Assembly: GCA_013334575.1 (NCBI GenBank)
Contig: JAAXXG010000002.1
Coordinates: 69,377 to 133,376 of the forward strand
DNA: 64,000 nucleotides
From: Candidatus Moraniibacteriota bacterium
Lineage (GTDB): Bacteria > Patescibacteriota > Minisyncoccia > Moranbacterales > UBA1568
Direction of reading: 5' to 3'
Below the pieces are notes generated by a model, which did no database searches, was not told the DNA's origin, and saw only the letters and a list, made by a program, of their open reading frames with translations. Position numbers and translations under genes: made by a program. Positions 57,622 to 64,000 of this stretch are shown in pieces (the stretch's first letter is position 1; each line of letters opens with the position of its first letter).

Positions 57622-58152
57622 TTACAGCAGTTCCAGCTCCTTGAAGAAACTCTCGTAGAAGGCAAGGAGCTCGTCGGTCTCCTCTTTCGGGAGGGTGAAG
57701 TCCGGTTCGCGGATGATGCGGTTCCGGACCTTGTGCGCCTCCTGCAACCGCTCGGCGGACAGAAGCTGTCCCGGCATGATGAGCGAGAGCCGCTCGCCGA
57801 TGTTGCCGCCTTCGTAGCCGATTTCCCCGAGCATCTCGTCGGCAAGCGCATCCGCCTCGAGAATCGCAGCCTTGTAGTATGACGGGTTGTCACTCTGGGT
57901 CCGCGCCTTGATAGCCTCCCACCGCTTAAGAAACTTCATCGGCTGGATGAGCGGGCGACGGCCGCCGAAACGCTGTTTCTGGATACTGGCACGAAAATCG
58001 TGCAGGAGAAGCAGCATCACCAAGTCGGCGAACGTGACGACGGTGTATATGCCGAGAAAAAGCTTCGCGAGAAAGAAGAACGCCGAATGCTGCAATCCGT
58101 GCCAGAAGAGGACGGCTATACCGACGAGCGTTGGAATGATATCGGTCGACAT
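57622..58152 (-). CDS. hypothetical membrane protein
   Basis: Start taken at MSTDIIPTLVGIAVLFW. Two TM helices. The upstream part of the ORF overlaps the gatA frame. Confidence 0.4.
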   Translation of the reverse strand: MSTDIIPTLVGIAVLFWHGLQHSAFFFLAKLFLGIYTVVTFADLVMLLLLHDFRASIQKQRFGGRRPLIQPMKFLKRWEAIKARTQSDNPSYYKAAILEADALADEMLGEIGYEGGNIGERLSLIMPGQLLSAERLQEAHKVRNRIIREPDFTLPKEETDELLAFYESFFKELELL

Positions 58153-58165
58153 CCCGGTGTATGCG

Positions 58166-59623
58166 TTATCGTTCCCCGGCGGAGGCCCGTTCGTAGGCGT
58201 CGGCTGCCCGAAGCATCGTTTCCTCGTCGAACCACTTGGCCATGAGCTGTCCGCCGAGCGGGAGCTCCTTTCCGTCCTCGGTGACCGTTCCCATGGGGAA
58301 CGAGACCGCCGGAATGCCGGCAAGGTTGGCCGTCACGGTATAGACGTCGGAGAGGTACATCTTGAGCGGGTCGTCCCCCTTCGCCCCGAACCGGAACGCC
58401 GGTTCCGGCGAAGTCGGCGAGAACACGAGGTCGACGTCGCGGAACGCCTCGGAGAAATCGCGACGGATAAGCGAACGGACCCGCTGCGCCTTCTTGTAGT
58501 AGGCGTCGTAGTAGCCGGCGGACAAGGCATAGGTTCCGAGCATCACGCGGCGTTTCACCTCGGGACCGAAGCCGTACGCGCGCGAATCGAGATAGGTCTC
58601 GAGAAGCGAGTCGGATTCCTTGAACCGATCCGATCCGTCATCGACGGACATACCGTAGCGGATGCCGTCGAACCGTGCGAGATTGGAACTCACCTCGGAC
58701 GGCATGATGATGTAGTAGACCGGAAGCGCATATTTCGCATGTGGAAGAGAGATCTCGCGTACCTCGGCACCGAGGGACCGGAAGCGTTCGACGGCCGTCT
58801 CGAAGACGGAACGGACGCGCGGATCGAGATCTTCCGAGAGGTATTCCTTCGGGATACCGATGCGGAGTCCGCGGATATCGCCGGAGAGAAAATCCTCGAA
58901 CCGCTTGCCGTCACTCTCGGCGGTGGTCACGTCCGCGGGATCGTATCCGTAGATTTCGGAAAGGACTATCGCCGCGTCTTCGACGGATTTCGCGAACGGT
59001 CCGATCTGGTCGAGAGAGGACGCCATGGCGATAAGCCCGTAGCGGGACACGCGGCCGTAGGTCGGCTTAAGCCCCACGACACCACAGAAGGATGCCGGCT
59101 GTCGGATGGAGCCGCCCGTATCGCTCCCGAGCGCGAATACCGCCAGATCCGCCGCGACCGCCGCGGCCGAACCGCCGGAAGATCCGCCGGGCACGCGCTC
59201 CGGATCGATGGGATTCCTGGTCTGCCGATAAGCGCTCGATTCGGTGGACGACCCCATCGCGAACTCGTCGAGGTTCGTCTTCCCGAGAACGACCGAACCG
59301 GCCTCAAGAAGGCGGGACACCGCGGTCGCATCGTACGGGGCGATATAGCCGTCGAGGATCTTCGAACCGGCCGTCGTCCGTGTTCCGGTGCGGCACATGT
59401 TGTCCTTGATGGCACACGGGATTCCTTCCAGGAGACCGATATCCTCGCCGCGAGCAATCTTCCCGTCGACGATCCGAGCCGACGCGAGCGCCTGTTCCCC
59501 AAGCACCGTCAGGTAGGCACCAAGCTCGCCGTCACGCTCGGCGATGCGTGAAAGGTACGCCTCGGCGAGTCCGGTCGCGGTAACCTCGCCATTCTTCAGC
59601 TGTTCGTGGATCGATCGGATCAT
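58166..59623 (-). CDS. gatA: Glu-tRNA(Gln)/Asp-tRNA(Asn) amidotransferase subunit A
   Basis: Amidase signature GGSSGGSAAAVA and Ser-cisSer-Lys region. 485 aa. Confidence 0.9.
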   Translation of the reverse strand: MIRSIHEQLKNGEVTATGLAEAYLSRIAERDGELGAYLTVLGEQALASARIVDGKIARGEDIGLLEGIPCAIKDNMCRTGTRTTAGSKILDGYIAPYDATAVSRLLEAGSVVLGKTNLDEFAMGSSTESSAYRQTRNPIDPERVPGGSSGGSAAAVAADLAVFALGSDTGGSIRQPASFCGVVGLKPTYGRVSRYGLIAMASSLDQIGPFAKSVEDAAIVLSEIYGYDPADVTTAESDGKRFEDFLSGDIRGLRIGIPKEYLSEDLDPRVRSVFETAVERFRSLGAEVREISLPHAKYALPVYYIIMPSEVSSNLARFDGIRYGMSVDDGSDRFKESDSLLETYLDSRAYGFGPEVKRRVMLGTYALSAGYYDAYYKKAQRVRSLIRRDFSEAFRDVDLVFSPTSPEPAFRFGAKGDDPLKMYLSDVYTVTANLAGIPAVSFPMGTVTEDGKELPLGGQLMAKWFDEETMLRAADAYERASAGER

Positions 59624-59652
59624 GGGAGCGCGTCTTGCCGGATAAATCTCGG

Positions 59653-59940
59653 TCAGAATACCGAACGGACCTTCACGTACCCGTCCTTCACGGACGGGAC
59701 GTTCTTCATGATATCGTCGCGACCGACGGAACCGAACGGCTCCGCGCGGTCCTCACGGGTATCGTTCTCCTTCACGGGAACACCCTCCTCGTCCGCCCCG
59801 TCCGACAGATCAAGCGCCTCGAGTTCCCGGAAGAAATCGAGGACCGATGAAAGATCCTTCCGATACCGCTCAATTTCCGCATCGGTAAGTCCGATCCGGG
59901 CAAGGAGCGCGATCCGTTTCACTTCGTCCGTCGAAAGCAT
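59653..59940 (-). CDS. gatC: amidotransferase subunit C
   Basis: MLSTDEVKRIALLARIGLTDAEIERY. About 95 aa. Confidence 0.8.
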   Translation of the reverse strand: MLSTDEVKRIALLARIGLTDAEIERYRKDLSSVLDFFRELEALDLSDGADEEGVPVKENDTREDRAEPFGSVGRDDIMKNVPSVKDGYVKVRSVF

Positions 59941-59975
59941 GTGGGTAGTCTCAGAAAAAGAGGGGGGGGGAACCA

Positions 59976-62060
<2,085 letters not shown>

Positions 62061-62083
62061 TCATACCGGGTTGTCACCGCCGA

Positions 62084-62704
62084 TCAGATCGAGCCGGCGG
62101 CATAATCGTAATCGCGCAACGAGACCGTGGATTGCAGACTCGTTCCGAGCGAGGAAGTCGGTGATTTCTTCACCGAAACAAAGACGGTCACCCGACCGAC
62201 CGAACCGCCCGGAGGATACTCCGTCGGATTCCTGGACGGGGTAGCTTCGAAATGTCCCGTCACCGACGAACCGCTTGAGGCGGTAAGGTTCTGCCACGAA
62301 CAGGAGGGGCTGCCGCACGCGTTCAGAATCCCGGACGTACACTGCGTCTTGACGCTGGTAATCGGCCCGCTTACGGACATCCAACGAGCCTGGATCGCCC
62401 CGGTTCCCGCATCGAACCGGTATCCGAAACAACGGCTGGTCGAATGATCGAAAAAGGTCATGGACTGCGAGGCGGCTTCGATAACCGTACTCGTCCGCAG
62501 GTATTTCGAAAGCGAGTTTACGGCGTACTGCGCCGACTCTATGTCGCGCTGGATTTCGCGAGAATTCCCGAACATGGAAAAAGCCGAGGAGGAAATAGCC
62601 GAGACTCCGGCAGATATCACCGCAAAAATTCCGATAGATACGATAAGCTCCACGAGGGAGAATCCCCGCATCTTCCGTTTCCTGGTTCCGCGCTTCGGTT
62701 TCAT
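62084..62704 (-). CDS. type IV pilin-like protein (prepilin N-terminal cleavage/methylation domain)
   Basis: Basic leader MKPKRGTRKRKMRG, then FSLVELIVSIGIFAVISAG. Confidence 0.6.
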   Translation of the reverse strand: MKPKRGTRKRKMRGFSLVELIVSIGIFAVISAGVSAISSSAFSMFGNSREIQRDIESAQYAVNSLSKYLRTSTVIEAASQSMTFFDHSTSRCFGYRFDAGTGAIQARWMSVSGPITSVKTQCTSGILNACGSPSCSWQNLTASSGSSVTGHFEATPSRNPTEYPPGGSVGRVTVFVSVKKSPTSSLGTSLQSTVSLRDYDYAAGSI

Positions 62705-62727
62705 ACTTTTCTTCGGACGGGATAATC

Positions 62728-63309
62728 CTACGGCCCCCATGGCGTAAGCGTCGACTCCGCGTAGACACAGCCGTTTCCGGCGCGACAATTCGCCCGGATA
62801 TCGGCCGCGTTCGCCGTATTGGAATACGACCCCCAATATACCGCACTGACACAGGTCACCTGTTCCTGCTGAGTGCCGCTCGAATAGGAAAGATATATCC
62901 TCCGTTTGAAACGCCCGCTGGTTCCGGTATGGATATAGTGCCCGCCGGACTCCGCCAGATCGAACGAAGACTGTCCGCAGGATATCTTGGTCGCCGGCGT
63001 ACTGAGCGCGGAGCTGGTAACGTCGATCCGGCAGTTGCTCGCGCTCCAGGGAGCGGACGACGTCGGCAGCCACGCGGTCAGGCTCCGATTTCCGGCCAGG
63101 ACGTTGTTATCCTTCACGTTCTTCAGGAGTTCAATTCCTTCCTGCGCGAGTTCGGATGCGGCGACGGTGTCCCGACTCCGTAACGAGGCATTGAATGCCT
63201 TCGTCGCCGATAACAGCACCGGAAGGATGCCGATAGTAAGAACGGCCACCGAAAGAAGTACTTCAAGGAGCGAGAAGCCTTTCAGATGTTTCGGTCTTGG
63301 ATTCCTCAT
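62728..63309 (-). CDS. type IV pilin-like protein
   Basis: MRNPRPKHLKG, then FSLLEVLLSVAVLTIGIL. Confidence 0.6.
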   Translation of the reverse strand: MRNPRPKHLKGFSLLEVLLSVAVLTIGILPVLLSATKAFNASLRSRDTVAASELAQEGIELLKNVKDNNVLAGNRSLTAWLPTSSAPWSASNCRIDVTSSALSTPATKISCGQSSFDLAESGGHYIHTGTSGRFKRRIYLSYSSGTQQEQVTCVSAVYWGSYSNTANAADIRANCRAGNGCVYAESTLTPWGP

Positions 63310-63328
63310 GTCTTTCTGCTTTTCCTCC

Positions 63329-63781
63329 TTAGCAACCCGAGCCGATCGGACGCTCCTCGACCCTCCCGAGCGGGTAGACGCAGACATGAGCCGTCACACC
63401 GCCTTTCGTGAGCGAGAAATCGACGGATCCGGAAACGAGTTCGACGCCTCCGGAATTTATCGGCTCTCCCTGCGGGACACGGAACGCCACCGCTTGAGAT
63501 GCCGATAAGACGACTCCGTCCGGCAAGTTCACCGCTCCCGACTGGAACGGAACGCAGGGAATCGACGAGCACGAGGAGATATTCTTTCCCGTGACAGCAT
63601 CGTTCTGCGCCTGCCGTAGGGCGGCGGCAACGACACGTTCACCCCCTTCGACCGCGCGACGCGCCTTGAACGGAACGAGGGAAGCCAGGGATGCCGTCGT
63701 AACGATGGCAATGAGTGCCGTCGTGATCATTATCTCGATAAGCGTGAACCCCGCTTCCGTTCGCTTCCGTTTCTTGCGCAT
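63329..63781 (-). CDS. type IV pilin-like protein
   Basis: MRKKRKRTEAG, then FTLIEIMITTALIAIV. Confidence 0.6.
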   Translation of the reverse strand: MRKKRKRTEAGFTLIEIMITTALIAIVTTASLASLVPFKARRAVEGGERVVAAALRQAQNDAVTGKNISSCSSIPCVPFQSGAVNLPDGVVLSASQAVAFRVPQGEPINSGGVELVSGSVDFSLTKGGVTAHVCVYPLGRVEERPIGSGC

Positions 63782-63788
63782 ATCAGCA

Positions 63789-64000
63789 TCACATGAGACC
63801 GACGAACAGTTCTTGAACCATTGTACCAAAGAAGAGCATGAAAATCACGCTTGCCACCAAAAACGGCGCAAACGGCAACTGACTCTTAAGTCCCTTCCGA
63901 CCCGAAACCATGAGTACGATTCCGACGATCGCCCCGGTTCCGAACGCGATCGTCAGAGTCGGCAAAAGAAGACGCCAGCCGACGACGAGCCCGAGCACGA
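63789..64000 (-). CDS. prepilin peptidase (A24 family), C-terminal fragment; gene continues beyond the window
   Basis: Hydrophobic C-terminus LPFAPFLVASVIFMLFFG typical of PilD-type peptidases. The ORF is open at the window edge. Confidence 0.45.
   Translation of the reverse strand, partial: VLGLVVGWRLLLPTLTIAFGTGAIVGIVLMVSGRKGLKSQLPFAPFLVASVIFMLFFGTMVQELFVGLM

Overview
High-GC bacterial chromosome segment, densely coding, mostly on the minus strand. Housekeeping genes I can support: pyrH, proS, clpB, dnaJ, recJ, rnhA, rnhB, trxA, pcm, mltG, dnaE, miaA, gatB, gatA, gatC, ligA, dut, tmk, dcd, rplK-rplA, nusG-secE, a leuB/leuCD-like pair and a type IV pilin operon. No rRNA, tRNA or CRISPR array could be supported. 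Most unusual: (1) a REP-associated tyrosine transposase (RAYT) gene flanked by REP-like hairpins, with a perfect 28-nt palindrome sitting in-frame inside miaA and inside the RAYT gene itself; (2) a thymidylate cluster with a tandem-duplicated ThyX whose N-domain has lost the RHR motif, a phage-T4-type dNMP kinase, tmk and dut; (3) at least four small ORFs flanked by 50-100 bp direct repeats, most derived from the 3' or 5' ends of neighbouring genes, plus a tandem remnant of the gatB 3' end; (4) an HtrA-like protein with all three catalytic-triad positions substituted (H>G, D>N, S>L); (5) CIRCE operators upstream of both clpB and dnaJ; (6) an ApbE flavin-transferase cluster with a bis-His ferric-reductase-like membrane protein, acidic Ca-binding-repeat proteins and a split MacB-type ABC transporter. 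Long Arg-rich ORFs antisense to real genes are compositional artefacts.
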